The notes under the pieces were generated by a model that ran no database searches, had not been told where the DNA came from, and saw only the letters and a program-made list of their open reading frames with translations. 64,000 nucleotides of DNA. Source: Octopus sinensis (lineage: Eukaryota). Of this stretch, positions 38,293 through 52,449 are shown in pieces; positions within the stretch are counted from its first letter, which is position 1, and each line of letters begins with the position of its first letter. The stretch covers positions 2,170,001-2,234,000 of the forward strand of contig NC_043002.1 of NCBI RefSeq assembly GCF_006345805.1, in the 5' to 3' direction. The translations under genes and the position numbers were made by a program.

Positions 38293-38897
38293 CTGTCGTT
38301 CAATGCTCGGAATGAGGTGTAGATAGGCAGCCGATAACTGATGAAGGGTCGTTCTTTATGTTACTTGTCATGTTTTCCATTTGTTTCGCTCGTTGTTTGC
38401 GTATTCAACTCATTTGTTCTCGTATTTTATGTGTGTGTGTGTGTGTATGTGTCTCTGTGCGTGTGTGTGTGTGTGTGTGTGACTTTTGCTAAATTTTACA
38501 ATTGTGAAGAGTGTTGACTTTAAGTTGATATTAGACACACACGAACAGAAAGACCCACACACAGCAATGATGGCGTCACCTACTGAATGCATGTTTTTTG
38601 CTTAGACGGGATTTCTTCCAGAGAAACCTCGCGTGTTAAAAGACGTTGAAACACTCAATCCAGGCGAAACGAATCGAGCAGTAGGTGAAAGCCGACGGTG
38701 GATGTCTACATTTTGCCGTTATTGCAGCTTATCGGCGCCATATACCCGAGTCACCTCGAAGCGAATTGGAGCTGTGGGTCTGAGGTGTATAATGTAGATA
38801 GCGTGATATCTATCTGCTGATGTGTCACAGCGCCGCACAAGTTAAACAAAATTAAATTTTGAAGTTTGAAGCAGATCTAATAATGTAAACGAGACCG

Positions 38898-39069
38898 ATG
38901 TCAGACACTTAACGTATGTGTTTTGTTTATGCTCTAAGTCGATTCATTTCGCTTGGTTTGAGTGGACCGGTGGTTTTAACATTTGACGCGCTGAAGAGAT
39001 ATTTCCCTGAACGAAATCTTTCGGCTGATAAAACGCATAAACAAAACGCTCATTTTAAGTATCTGACAT
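38898..39069. mobile_element. MITE, 172 bp, ~35 bp imperfect TIRs
   Basis: ATGTCAGACACTTAACGTATGTGTTTTGTTTATGC versus GCATAAACAAAACGCTCATTTTAAGTATCTGACAT. Confidence 0.6.
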
Positions 39070-39379
39070 TAATAATGTTTGCATTATTAGACCTGCCTCT
39101 GTTTTAAACCAAACACACACGAACACACACACATGTATACTTGTGTGTGTGTGTGTGTGTGTGGTGTGTGTGTGTGTTTGCATAATATTGATCCCATTGC
39201 TTCGATGACAAAATCAAGCCACTCAACTACAAAGCAGTATGACAGAAATGCAAGACGAACATCGATATTGAAAATAATAATTCAATCGGCGTAATAATGC
39301 GTTAACTTTATTAACCCTTTGATACATTACAATAGGGTAGCATAAGTGTATGGAGTCGAAGTAATATTTTCAATATTTA

Positions 39380-40626
39380 CGAGGGGCGTTCAATAAGTAA
39401 TGCCCCTGACCCACTTCCCACAGCAGTAGAGCAACGAAACTTGGCACAGTTATTAGTCTTTTTCTACATAGGAACCACCCAGAGTTACGCATTTCTCCCA
39501 TCGTTTGATGCAGCTCTGAAGACCGTTTTTGTAGAAGACCCCAGCTTGGTCCTCCAACCACGACGTGGCTTCAGAAACCAAGGCTGCATCATCTGGGAAA
39601 CGCTTTCCTTTCAAAAACAACTTCATGGCTGGGAAGAGGGGAAAATCAGAGGGTGCAAAGTCAGGATAGTAGGGGGTTGGGGAGGAGTTCATAGCCGCAT
39701 GCCTGTGCTTCTGATCTGGCGACACGCGAGTTGTGAACCGGAGCGTTGTCCTGCAAGAGGAGGATGCTTTGCTGATCTTGCCCCACCTCTTGATTTTAAT
39801 AGCTTCTCTTAATTTCCTCAAAAGTGAAGCATAATAGGCTCCTGTAATTGTGGTCCCAGAAGACTGTGAGCATGACCTTGCCAGCAGAGGGCTGGCCCTT
39901 GCCTTCTTTGGAGGAGGTGAGTTACGGTGTGTCCACTGCATTGACTGGGCTTTGGTCTCTGGATCATAGTGATGGACCCAGGTTTCATCCTGTGTAATCA
40001 GTCTTTTGAAAAATTTTGACTCATCTTCTTTGCACATCCCCAAATTCACCCTCGAGCACTCGACGCGTTCTTGCTTCTGGAAAGATGTGAGCAACCTGGG
40101 AATCCATCTGGCAAACACCTTTTGCATATGCAAATGGTCATGAATGATAGTTTCCACAGACCTGGTACTAATCTTGACCTCATAGGCTATTTCGCGAATA
40201 GTTATGCGTCAATCTTCCAAAAGGGCAGCCTCAACTTGACGGACAGATGCCTCATCAATGGCAGAAGGGGGCGATCAGATCTGGGAGCTGTTTCCACAGA
40301 GTTCCGACCATGTTTGAATTCACGATGCCAGCGTTTTACAAGGTCATATGATGGTGCATCATCACCATAAGTTACTTTCATTTCATCAAAAGTCTCCCGT
40401 GGTGTGCGTCCTTTCAAATACAAAAACCGGATCACTGCTCGACACTCAACAGGCTCCATTTCACACTTGACTCAGTTCAAACACCTGTAAATCAGAAACC
40501 ACAATTAGTTCAGAGCTGTAATTTGCCATTTAATTTATAGAGATATAAATAATTGTACATGCAAAATTTCAGCTAGATCAAATAAATGCAAGTGGGTCAG
40601 GGGCATTACTTATTGAACACCCCTCG
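39380..40626 (-). mobile_element. Full-length mariner (DD34D), 1247 bp, transposase disrupted
   Basis: 37 bp TIRs CGAGGGGCGTTCAATAAGTAATGCCCCTGACCCACTT with one mismatch, TA duplication; MEPVECRAVIRFL.., ITQDETWVHHYDPE, YYPDFAPSDF; frameshifts. Confidence 0.97.
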
Positions 40627-41191
40627 TAGTTCCGTTCTTAGACATAGCAGACGTTTTACCGGTAAAGATTCCATTCCATGAAAATTTGCGGCCTTTTAGA
40701 AATGTAATACGAAACCTGATGCGAAACCGGAGGGTAAATCCATTCTTCATTTTGTGAAATTCATTTCAATCAGTTCTGTATAAATCAGATGAAGTTGAGA
40801 CAGGACCACCTGGAGTTTATGATTTAATTAAACTATTTATATTCGGTGTCATTACTCAGTATGAAAGACGTGTTCGTATTCAGGGAAAATTATAGAGATA
40901 TCATTCACAAGCATTATTAGTTTTGAAAACTTTGCAGGAGATACTCTGCACACCAACTCGATTCTACAAATAGCTTCTAGACCCTCCATTTTCTCTTTGA
41001 AATCTGTTTGTAATATTTCTAGCTTAATCTTTATCTGTTGTATTTATTCCATTCAAAGCTGCTTTCTGGGTACAAAAAGTACACCAATGATGAGAGATCA
41101 ACATCACTTTCGATATTCAATAACGCAACATATAATATTCTTAATTCACTAAATGATTATGAGATATAAAGAAGCTGTTCTATGACCACCT

Positions 41192-41257
41192 GTCACTCAT
41201 TATCCAGATGGCAGTCACTCATTATCGAGATGGCAGTCACTCATTAACCAGATGGCA
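41192..41257. repeat. 22 bp x3 minisatellite
   Basis: GTCACTCATTATCCAGATGGCA repeated three times with single changes. Confidence 0.9.
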
Positions 41258-42935
41258 CTATCGGCTGAATTGGTTCTAAATTATGTAAATTAAGCTTGCT
41301 TCTCAGGTCATTTGTAGAATCATTAATACCACAATCTCATATTTGCATAGAATTAAATATATTCTCCAAAAGCAAATATTCTTTTAAAAAATTAAACAGG
41401 AACGAATTAGCAGGATTTATAATAGCTTCAGTGTCCCCATTATATTCGTAGGATTAAGACAGATTATACGCTGCCTGAAATTCTGCAGGTTAATATCTGG
41501 TGGGAAACAAGGACGTAGAGGAGCCCGGATCTCAATTCAAAGACAGATAAAGATCAGGTGGTAGTGCTAAGAAAAAGGGAAGGATACCATAATAAGGAAG
41601 GGTACTATGTGTAGATGTATTTACTCGTCACTCTTTGTTTTTATTCTCAGTTGAAAGTAATTCTATTATTGCATTTAAGAAATGAAATTAAACTGTAAAT
41701 TATTCGCAACATAATGGCAGGAACTGATATTTGGTAGCGTAGGAGATGAATAAGGTAGAAATTCCATCAATTGGCTTTTGTTGGCCAAGTCTACGAGTCG
41801 AGTTTTGTTTCTTTTTTTACGGCTGCTTCACTTCGGCCGTCTATTTAAAGAATCATTACTGCTTCCTTCAAGTAGAAATTCTTCTATTTTTAGTTTCGGT
41901 CTTCCGACTTTAAATGTGCTCTTCTAATGCAATATCATTTATTACAAAACCTACAATTTTATCATGAAAATAACTTGCGAAAATAAAAAATAAAAGTTTA
42001 TAAAAGAAAGAAAAACTATAAATAATTGCTGTAATGCGAAGCGAGTTTATGGTTGTTGTTGCTGATTGTATCATTACAGTTGTTTGGAAGCTGTTGTTAA
42101 TACTAAAACAGTTATTAAAAATTCGGTAATTACACACTATTGAAAGAATGTTGCTATATAATTAATTTCGCTCTAAGAACTCCAGCCATTGTTATCTAAA
42201 AAATTATATAAGAATTCTTATTATTACAGTTTATTAGCGACAAACTTTACATTTGCCCTCGAATTCAAAGAATTGTACACACATACACACACGGAGAAGC
42301 CGAAGGCGATGTTTTCCATTCCGATTAACTTTGAAAATAATAATGGCGAATGTATAGAAGATAATTCCGACTGAACTCTGGTATTTCAACATTTCCCTAC
42401 CACCGAGAAACTTACTGGATGTCTTTTAATATTTCTTCTAAGAAAGGAAAACTAATATTGTGTAGGATTCTGAGGAGAATTAATCGGATTCCATCAGTTT
42501 CCATTCATTGGAAAAATACAAATAAATAACTAAAAGTAATAAATCAAGGCAGATATATTGAAACAACCATTGCAGTCGATTGTAAAGTCATCCAAGCAAA
42601 AAGCTCTGAACGGGGAAAATAGTGTCTGATGAACGATGAGCTGGCTTTATTTGCATTTAATGATAAAGATACCTGATTATATATTGTTCACTTGCCAACA
42701 TGAATGGCAGGTGCTGCCGCCTACAAAGGGAAACGGTTGCGAAATCTATCCGCCCCTCTCAACATTTATACACGGAGGCACTCGAGCAGCGTTCTGCAAC
42801 TCTCAAAGTCGGGCTACGTTTATATATACGTGAGTGGAAGTATGATTACGAGTGAAGGTCCGTGTGTGTGTGAGTGTGCGTGTGTGTGTGTGAGTGTGTG
42901 TGTCTATGTGTGTGTATGTATGTGTGACTGCAGCC

Positions 42936-42967
<32 letters not shown>

Positions 42968-43067
42968 TACATACATACATACATATATATATATATATGT
43001 ATATATATGTATATATATATATGTATATATATATATATAATATATATATATATACATACATACATAC

Positions 43068-43146
<79 letters not shown>

Positions 43147-43250
43147 ATATATATATATATATATATATACGTATGTACGTATATATACATACGTATATAT
43201 ATATATTTGTGTGTGCTTCTGTATAAATTAAGGTATATTATATGTATATA

Positions 43251-43300
<50 letters not shown>

Positions 43301-44844
43301 GCACGCGTATAAATACACACACACACAACACACACACACACACATACATATACAGTTATATATATTTGCTTGTTTTCCTTTGTTGTTGGCAGCAATTAAT
43401 AATGCAAGAGAGAAGTTCCCAAACACCAAGATTTATGAGGCGACCACTAAAGTCGAAAGCAAAGCTCTGGCACTAAATATTTCATCATTATATTCTTTCT
43501 TCTGGTTCGCTTTCAAACTGTTGCTTTTTCTTATTCCTTCTGCTCTCTTCGAAGTCATTATTTTTGATTGTACATTTATCCATGTATCAAAAATGCAAAA
43601 CAAACCAAATAAAAAAAACATTTATAAATAATATTTAGATAAAAACCACATACATAAAAGAAAGCATTAATATTTTAATTGCATTCTTAAAACAGAATTT
43701 AAATATAGAATTAAACAAACAAATATGTATATAAACAAAACTTATCGAGACGCGAAGTTAAAATAACGTCTCTTTTATAGCTAGATCGTGTTCTTAACAA
43801 ATTATAATTGGAATGGATTAGATTTAACACGCTATCTTTAAGATAGTGTGGCGTTGCAGGAGAGTTTTCTTTCCGAACAATCAAGTCTATTCACCAAAAT
43901 ACCGTCGAATAGGTAAACCCTTCTATTATATAATATATACATTATGTACACTCACAACCGAATAATACCCACATTTACACAGACACTCTTTCATACACAC
44001 ATACATTCACAACCGAACACCAACACACACGCACACATACATTACTATATTTTACGTTTCTAATAGAAGCGAAGGATACCAAAAGTACTGAAGACCTTTT
44101 AATAAGTTTAATCTCATTTATTCAGTAGAAACCGGCGTTAAATATGCGTGGAATAATAAGAACAGAGTTACAAAGACCAGAAAGAAAATGAAATTAAATG
44201 GATTGCTGGTCTATTACAAAGAAACAAATTGGAGAGGGGGGGGGAATCTGTCCTCTGCTCATTGTTCGCAAATTTATACACAATTCGTAATGTGCATTGA
44301 ACACGTGACTGATACAGGATCGGATCAAAGAGAGTACGATGTCGCATAGATAAACGGCTATCGAACTCTCTCTCTCTCTCTCACTCTCACTCTCTCTCCC
44401 GACAGAGAGAGAGAGACAGACAGGCAGATAAAGACGGAGACAGAGAAATGGAAAGCCCGAGATTCACTATATTATTGTGATTGCTCCTTTCTCTGTTGGC
44501 AGACGGTAATCAACTCACATCCAGGCAGAGCTAGAAAATAGAAACTGCAAATATTACGCAGGGTCAAGCTTTTAGGTCAAAAACATTGGGGATTTTATTT
44601 TTAAGAAATCTTTTTGCAACGATATGTCGAATATCACTGGCACTCCGTAACGTTTGGGATTCTTCCGTCAATTTAAGCAATATTTAACTATTCACTTCTC
44701 GACCAATTTTGTATCAATCCAATATTACGAATCCATTCGGGAATGTAAATAAATTTTAAAGCAATGAGAGATCTGTTGCAACAACGTTTCAACACTTTCT
44801 CTCCAGTTTTTTTTTCTCCTTTTGAGAAATCAGTCAAACGAATT

Positions 44845-44903
44845 TGTCAAATCCCTGTCAAATCCCTCTGTCAAATCCCTCTGTCAAATCCCTCAGTCAA
44901 ATC
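44845..44903. repeat. 13 bp x~5 minisatellite
   Basis: TGTCAAATCCCTC tandem. Confidence 0.9.
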
Positions 44904-45406
44904 GCAGTTCGTTGAAGTCCACCTATTCACATTATATTTTAGTCTTTCCTCATATAAATGCTTTTAATTATCTCCCTTTCAAGCTTAATTCTCTGAAAGA
45001 GACTTCCTCTGTTCCAAGTCACGTGATGTCGATTCGATGCTAATTAACTCTTGTGTTAATACTGCATTAAAGAGATTTCAGATTCGTTTGTATGAAGGAT
45101 GCTCTCCTTGGCTTCTTAGCGTCGCCAAGTGAAAGGGAAGCTGGAAAATTTAGATAAGTTCGCCATGAACTATTTTTGTCCGTGGCGAATTGAAGAATCA
45201 AGTTGAAAGATAAAGTGCGTATAGGAGGAGGAGGAGGCGAGATTTGAACTTAGAACATAAATGGACATAACCAAATAAAGCAAGTTACGTTAGCCGATGA
45301 TCTACCGATTCTGACAACCGATTGTCATATTCTTTTATAGATTTGGATTCACTAAAGCGGAAGTAGTTAACGGAACACCATTTTTGGAAACTGGATGTCA
45401 TAATAT

Positions 45407-45614
45407 CTCTCTTTTCTCTTTTCTCCAGTCATTTGACTGCGGCCATGCTGGAGCACCGCCTTTAGTCGAGCAAATCGACCCCGGGACTTATTCTTTGTAA
45501 GCCCAGTACTTATTCCATCGGTCTCTTTTGCCGAACCGCTAAGTGACGGGGACGTAAACACACCAGCATCGGTCGTCAAGCAATGCTAGGGGGACAAACA
45601 CAGACACACAAACA

Positions 45615-45681
<67 letters not shown>

Positions 45682-45844
45682 GACAGGCTTCTTTCAGTTT
45701 CCGTCTACCAAATCCACTTACAAAGCATTGGTCGGCCCGGGGCTATAGCAGAAGACATTTTCCCAAGATGCCACGCAGTGGGACTGAACCCGGAACCATG
45801 TGGTTGGTTAGCAAGCTACTTACCACACAGCCACTCCTGCGCCT
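45407..45844 (-). mobile_element. Octopus-type tRNA-derived SINE, full length
   Basis: Same family as 23161-23570; intact head and (AAAAGAG) tail. Confidence 0.92.
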
Positions 45845-46589
45845 ATCAGTTTGCGTTACTGTATAAATAAATTTATAAAAGTACTTAAATATGGAAACGA
45901 AAGAGACTTATGACAATTCTATAAAATTATAATTCAGACTAAAATTAAAATTAAGGTCAAATCTGGAAGTCTTAAAGAAATTCTCCGATGATTCAAAAAG
46001 TATGTCACACATATGGAAAATAACCTGCAAGTGCATTTCACACTATTCTTAAAACATTCTTTCTAAAATAAATGGAAGATTTTATATTAGCGCAAGTGTT
46101 AAGTATCAGTCTTTCTGTCTGATAATTTGATTTATCTCTGAATTTTGTTCCTACATAAATTAGAAATGTTTGTGCTTATGTTAATATTACCCATAGTTTA
46201 CAATATAACGAGAGATCTGTCTGACGAGAGACAGTTTACAATAAGTCTTTATGAGCGATGAGGCTGGTTTCAAACTATATCTTAATAATGAATACTAGCG
46301 TTGTTATATGTTTGTAGATATGTGTAGATTGTCTGCTATTTCATGTTGCTATTTATCATGTTGAAAGTTACAAGGCACTCTCAATGCTTGCATGTCTTTC
46401 TCTCTTTTTCCTCTTCAATAGATTCTATAGATTGTTGCCATGTTAACATTTTGTTGGCAACAACCAAAACATTTCTTGCTTTGCCTCCGCCGAGATAAAC
46501 CAGACGCTCGGTTTGTTTCTTAACTGAACTTTGGTATCAGATCATACAGTTGGACGATATTGGCCCAAGGTCAACAAGTTCAGGGTACG

Positions 46590-46870
46590 GAGGGGTGCAG
46601 GTAGAGGTGTAAGTCGATTTCATCAACCCCGGTGCTTAAATGGTGCTTATGCTGTCGACCCCTGAAGGTCGAAAGGTAAAGTCAATCTTGGTGGAATATA
46701 GTTGGACAATATTACAAGTGTGTTGAAGGTAGAGAGCTGGTGGAATCGTTAGCATGCCGGACAAAATGCTTAGCAACATTTCGCCTGTCTTTACGTTCTG
46801 AGTTCAAATTCCTCCGAGGTTGACTTTCCTTCGCGTCCTTTCGGGGTCGATAAAATAAGCAACCGTTGGT
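46590..46870. mobile_element. Two third-family SINE fragments in opposite orientations
   Basis: 46590-46700 minus and 46730-46870 plus, both with the GTCGA..AAAGG/CCTTT core. Confidence 0.7.
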
Positions 46871-47629
46871 GTCTTTCTCCTCTCCCTGCTGTTGTCACAT
46901 GACCCGTGGCCAGCTTCCCTTTTACATCCTTTCTTACACTGGTCCCGTATATATGTATGTATGAGCAGTGAGTATAGATGTGTATTAATGGTTATCCAAA
47001 TCCAGCGAATGATCTTCGAAATTGCTGGCATTGTGCCAAAATTTGAAACCAACATTAGAAGTGTGTTGGATATAGAATATCTGTAAAACAGGGTTAGAGC
47101 AAGTGGCAGATATCAATAGAGCAGTGTTAAGGATTTTAAAATGATAGAGTCAACAGTAGTTCGATACCATTCTAGACTCCGACAGTTTTAATGGATCGAA
47201 AATGTTGAATTTCAAATGTTTATATTTGGAGAGATACTGATATGTAATCCTTGTTTTCGCAACGAGGGAACCCTCCATTTCCTGAACAGCTTCTACACCC
47301 CGAAGACAGGTTGGTGCCGAAATATTGCAGCTTTCCCGTATCATGACGACTAAGACTTTTCGATACGAATAATTCTTCTAGTGGTAAGGCAGCGATAATT
47401 TTTGTTGCGGAAGGCCTACATATTTAAAAGCTAAATGAAAAGACGAAATGGACCCTAGTTAAAGCTCGATGCCCTGGGGGACAGACGCTATGAGATTAAT
47501 TGTAATTTATGTATGTGTACTTTTAAATGTGTCATGGCTATTGATTTGTGGAAACACATTACGCAAAGAAATTTAGAGATGCATATGTGTATCAGGTCAT
47601 CCCATAATTTCTGTCCGATTTGGGGGATT

Positions 47630-48524
47630 GAGTTTTATTTTCTCAGTGGCCCAACTCTCCACAGCTACTCTTTGACTGTTAATGATGGTCATCATGCATT
47701 TTTGGAGGTCGTGTTTTTTTCTATTCGAGTGATGCAATGGCGGTCGAAGGGGTGCTTTGTTGCTGGTAGTATTTAAGTTGGTTGATTTTCCTGTTAATTC
47801 TTTTTATTTTTCTCATAATTGCTCTTCTATTTCTATGTATTCTGCACTTAGATTTGTATACTGATCGTAATGGAGTATCTTTTGCGCAAATATTTGTCAC
47901 AGTGTCTAAAAATGTCTGCCACGATGTGTTTATGCTTAAGGGTGTGCGTGCGTGCGTGAAGGCTCAATCAACTTGTAAAAGATCACGATTGATCGTATCC
48001 CAGTCTGCATTATGAAGATGCATAGTGTCAAATGAATGGACTGGAGAGATGTCACTGGATCTGATCTTCGGGCGGTAGAATCTCAGATTGCCGAGAACCA
48101 TGTCATGGTCTGAGAGTAGTGGTGTTTTGTCCGCTGCAATATTGAGGATAGTGTCTGTGTAGTTACTGAACACTGGGTCCAAGATGTCTTTGTGACACCT
48201 TGTTGGTTCGTGAACAAGTTGAGTCAGGAAAAACTCATCCATGAAATCAAAAATCAGTTCGGTTGCTTCCTTAGCAGGGGTCGAGGTGGAAAAACTTGGT
48301 TTCAAGCTGTTTGTGAACCAATCAACACTGGGAAGGTTGAAGTCAACCATCATTAATATGTTGTCAGCATGACACTGATGGATGAAACACTTAATACTGT
48401 TGAGGCATTCCTTGAAGCGTAGAAAAGGAAACAGGGTTGGCCTATAGAGCCCAACTACTATTAAATTGTTGGTTTTACTATACAGAGAAGCTGCTTCACA
48501 GTAGCCATTGGTAAATACGTCCAT
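47630..48524 (-). mobile_element. CR1-group LINE APE fragment
   Basis: ORF 47964-48524: FTNGYCE, VGLYRP, DFNLPSVDW, EPTRCHKDILD, SDHDMV; related to 7761-8354. Confidence 0.88.
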
Positions 48525-50060
48525 TGCTTCAGCCGAAAAAGAATCGTGCAGTACCTAACGTTCTTTCTAACCATCCTAGATCAATCGTCGATGGTATGGT
48601 AACGGCTATTTCAATTAGAATCTTAAATTTATCAGCGAACGAGGAGATATTCAACACGCATGCACCGTATTATAACCAAGCCCTAAAGTTAAATGGTTTT
48701 AAAAAAGAAATATTTTAAATCCTTGATGCAATTCTTAAGACCAAAATTGCGAATATCTTTAATGGAACTGGCTTAAAATCTAGTAATACGACCCCCAATT
48801 TAGATATGAGGCCTGAATTAAAAACATGGCATTTAGGAATTCACATAAATATAAACCCTATATCCCCTACCAATCTAATCAGACCAAATACTCAAAACCT
48901 AGGAAACGGGAATTTTTATGGTTTGTCCCACCCTACTCTTTTCAGGTCAAGTCTTTACCCAAATTATTTGTTAAGGTATTGAAGGAGGATTTTCCTAAAA
49001 ATCATAAATAATATCTTATTTTTAATAAATCCTTTGTGAAATTGTCTTACTCAAAATACTCAGAATTTAGGTTCGGTCATAGCTTCCATCAATAGGCTCT
49101 AAACTCATCCTTAAGACATCTACAAATATATATACACAAATCTTTATAATGAACTCTAAATCTCCAAATCTGACACTATCTCTAACGTAAACATTACGCC
49201 GGGTCAATCCCTGACAGTCGGGGGTGATCTGCCCTTTAGTAATGCGCGGAGAGGGTAGAAAACATATAATTGTTGAATTAAGGAGTCGTGTCCGCTAGCC
49301 GGATCCTGTTTACGTAATAATGTAGTATATAGGTGCTCTGTGGAAATCCCCGCTACACAGAGGGTGGGAATTTATACAGGAAGCACTGTAGACTTTTAAC
49401 GTCGATATAGTGCCCATTTGAACTCGTTTACTAGCGCTAAATATAAATCTTCTACAATGCTAGCTTCGTATATACAATAACTTTAAACTGAAAAATATAC
49501 AATACTTATTATCTTTGTCTGTCATAGCAGAAGCTCCCCGCCATACAATACAATTACGCGTGTATGTAAATTGTGTATTAAAGAATCCATGAATATTCTT
49601 CGTCGATATGAGTCAACATCATTAAATAAGTTTGCAGATGCTACGTTTTTCTGTAACCATAGATACCGATCAACATTTAAATATTTTAATAAACCTCGAT
49701 AAATTAACCATTAACTTTTTAATTATCTATATTTCAGTTAATCTCTTTACTCCTGCCATCCTGTAAACTTTATATTGATCGATTATTACTTGCTTAACAT
49801 TTATAACATTTTCTAAATTGCATTTCCCATAATTCCTGTTATAACATTTCCTCTTCCTGTTAACAACTGCACCTCCCTATATAACTAAATCTCATATCCC
49901 TAGTACAACATTGCACCAAATGTGGATCCTGAATAATATACTCTCTGATGAAGGAGGCAGTATCTAATTTTTGGAGTGAAAATACCCATAAAATCTATGG
50001 ATTACTGTGCCCCAGAAACAGCCGTAAGAGGATTACCACAAACGGTTTATCTAAACAGGA
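48525..50060 (+). mobile_element. Penelope-like element: RT thumb, GIY-YIG endonuclease, 3' pseudo-LTR (degenerate)
   Basis: SNHPRSIV..SANEEIFN..YNQAL, LWFVPPYS, CPLAGSCL..VVYRC..IYTGST..RRYSAH..CKLCIKE..LNK..CNH, then a hammerhead. Confidence 0.9.
49941..50030 (+). ncRNA. Type I hammerhead in the Penelope 3' pseudo-LTR
   Basis: CUCU-CUGAUGA-AGGAGGCAGUA...UACUGUGCCCCA-GAAA-CAGCCGUA|AGAG. Confidence 0.72.
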
Positions 50061-52083
50061 TTACTTATTCTCTCGCATTATTTACATTTGTTTTTTGCAA
50101 AATCCAATCTCAACGCGACGATGTTTTTTTATTCGCTCTTCGGAAGGCTTTGTTTTATTCACCTTTTTGTAAGGGCATATTTTTATTCTTAAATAATTTT
50201 TACAACGCCGTTCTAACCTAATTTCACTCCCCTATTTATACATGTATATTAAATTCTTATATAATTATGTATTCATAGATTTTTAATATGCTTTAATATT
50301 TCAATGACTGATACATTGCTATATTAAAAGACTGATATACATCGATCCATGGCAGAATATATGTTTATATAAATTGGTGAACCTATCTGAAATTCTCCTT
50401 AATTTTTGATAACTTTGCATCTCGGGTCTTTCATCTGAGTACATCTGAATACTGCGTATACGATAAACAAAAAACTTTACTATATACATATATACGTATA
50501 TATATATATATATACAAATTCCTAATAGTAAATATATGTCCATATGCATATATACACAAACACACAAAGACGTGTGTGTATGTGCATGTGTGCCCCTCTC
50601 TGTGTGTATATAGAGTGGGAATTTTTTATAATCGAAATTCCGTTTCATCTTATCGAATGTGATTAATCAATGTTTACTGAATAATTATCTTATTCTTAAT
50701 GCAAAAAAAGCATCCATAAATAATCAAATATGTTACTGGTATGGATCTCCTGTATTTCTAGAATTATATAGTTCTACGTCATTTTGTATGTCTTACTTCT
50801 ATTTAAATCATGGCCGTTTGATTTGAGGGCGAATTGGTTGTTATTCTTACCAGATACTAAGGCTCACTCGATGCGAGAGAATTACTGGGTGTTCCTCTAC
50901 AGGGGCTCTTGAAACAGCCTCCTTCATTTAAACCTCTATTAATAAGTCTTATTTGCTGTAGGAATCTCTAGTGAGTTTCAATGTTTTCTACTTCTGTGAG
51001 GGACGAAGGATACTGATTCATTTAGGAAATAACGTTTGATGCGTATAAATGTGGCGGACATGCTTGTTTGGAGTCTAGCAAAGATATAACAATGGGCCAC
51101 ATATGTTAAAAGAGTAGTTTGGAGTCAGCGATTGGCAACATGTTCTTGCTTTCATAAACACTACTTGGTTATTCTTTACCTTTGAATAAACCAAATTAAT
51201 GTCATGCGTTAAATATTAATATATAAGTGTGTGTGTGTGTGCGTGCGCGCGTGTGCGAGGGTAAGATAGACAGGTTAAGAGAGAGAGAGGGGGGAATGAG
51301 AGAAATTCCATAGAAAAAGGAAAAAAGAGAACCACATACCCGATGAATTTCTTCCAGACTATTTTCCATCTCTAAGAAATCTCTTGTTCCATACAATGTT
51401 TCATTAATACATCTCAGGTGATGTAATTCTGAAGATTTCTAAAATGAATGAAATAGTGTTATATGTTTACCTCCGACAAAACATTCTAAGAATTCTAAAT
51501 CAGAAACTGAAGAATATATGAAATAGGTGCATTCTATGCATCTTTTTCTGTATTACTTCATTAGAAATTCAAATGCAATGGAGACAACTGATTATCTCCC
51601 TTGAATTAACTGTCCGCAAGAGGATGTTTATAGAAATTATGAACTCTCCTGTCGCCAAACGATGGATGAGGGATCCGCAGTTTCTGACCAATCAACCAGA
51701 CAGATGCTTTGTATATAGAGGTCAAAAGTTTGTGTTTACATAAACTCACTCCATTCATCAAATCGATATTACCTGCACAGGAATCAGAGGTGGAAAAATC
51801 GGAGATCAAGGTGAAATTAAATATTTTGCTCAAAAACACGACTGGCCGCCCGACCCAGGATTTCAATCCACTATCTTGCGAAGGTGAGTGCGACACCCAA
51901 TCACTAGCGCCTGCGTCGTAACTGTAAGATTCTAAGAAGATAAAGCTGTAAATAAAACTTTCAAACAGTTGAAGGTTGTCACCCAACTCATTCTTTTGTA
52001 AGCATGAGAGACATTCTACCACTGGACCAAAGCATTCTTCGAAATTTTCTATCCATCCATCCATACATCTATCCATCCATCTC

Positions 52084-52121
<38 letters not shown>

Positions 52122-52449
52122 GCTATCTCTCTCACTTTCTCACATACAAACACACACACATACACACATAATACATCCATGTATATATATCATATATATA
52201 TATATATATATGTATATGTATATGTATATATACTTTTCTCGCTGTATTGCGTGTTCGTTTCTCTTTTTCCATTTGTGATTTTATTTTTGTTCTTTGTAAA
52301 TAAAGATATTTCCTCAGTCTGGCTGCATTTCTTTCTACAAAACGAGAAGATACATTGTGAAGCTGTTATTTTAACGAGTTGTATTTATTTATCACCCGCT
52401 GAAATACCTCAGCACTACCGGATGCTCCTGAACCAGTTGTTGAGTGTCC

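Noticed and set aside
38985-39025. CTGAAGA...CGAAA inside the MITE
   Set aside because: No stem II, stem III or stem I pairing.
42700-42829. GCCAACATG ORF ending at a GTGAGT donor, splicable in phase to 43393
   Set aside because: The spliced 122 aa product resembles nothing I recognise, and the donor abuts a microsatellite; no independent support.
44083-44148. CTGAAGA...GAAACCGGCGT hammerhead-like string
   Set aside because: Stems I and II do not pair convincingly.
47295-47335. CCGAAGA..GG/CC-GAAATATT hammerhead-like string
   Set aside because: Core mutated and stem I unpaired; at best a relic.
51389-51420. Minus-strand CTGAGA..GAAACATTGTA string
   Set aside because: Position 7 missing, stem II and stem I not formed.
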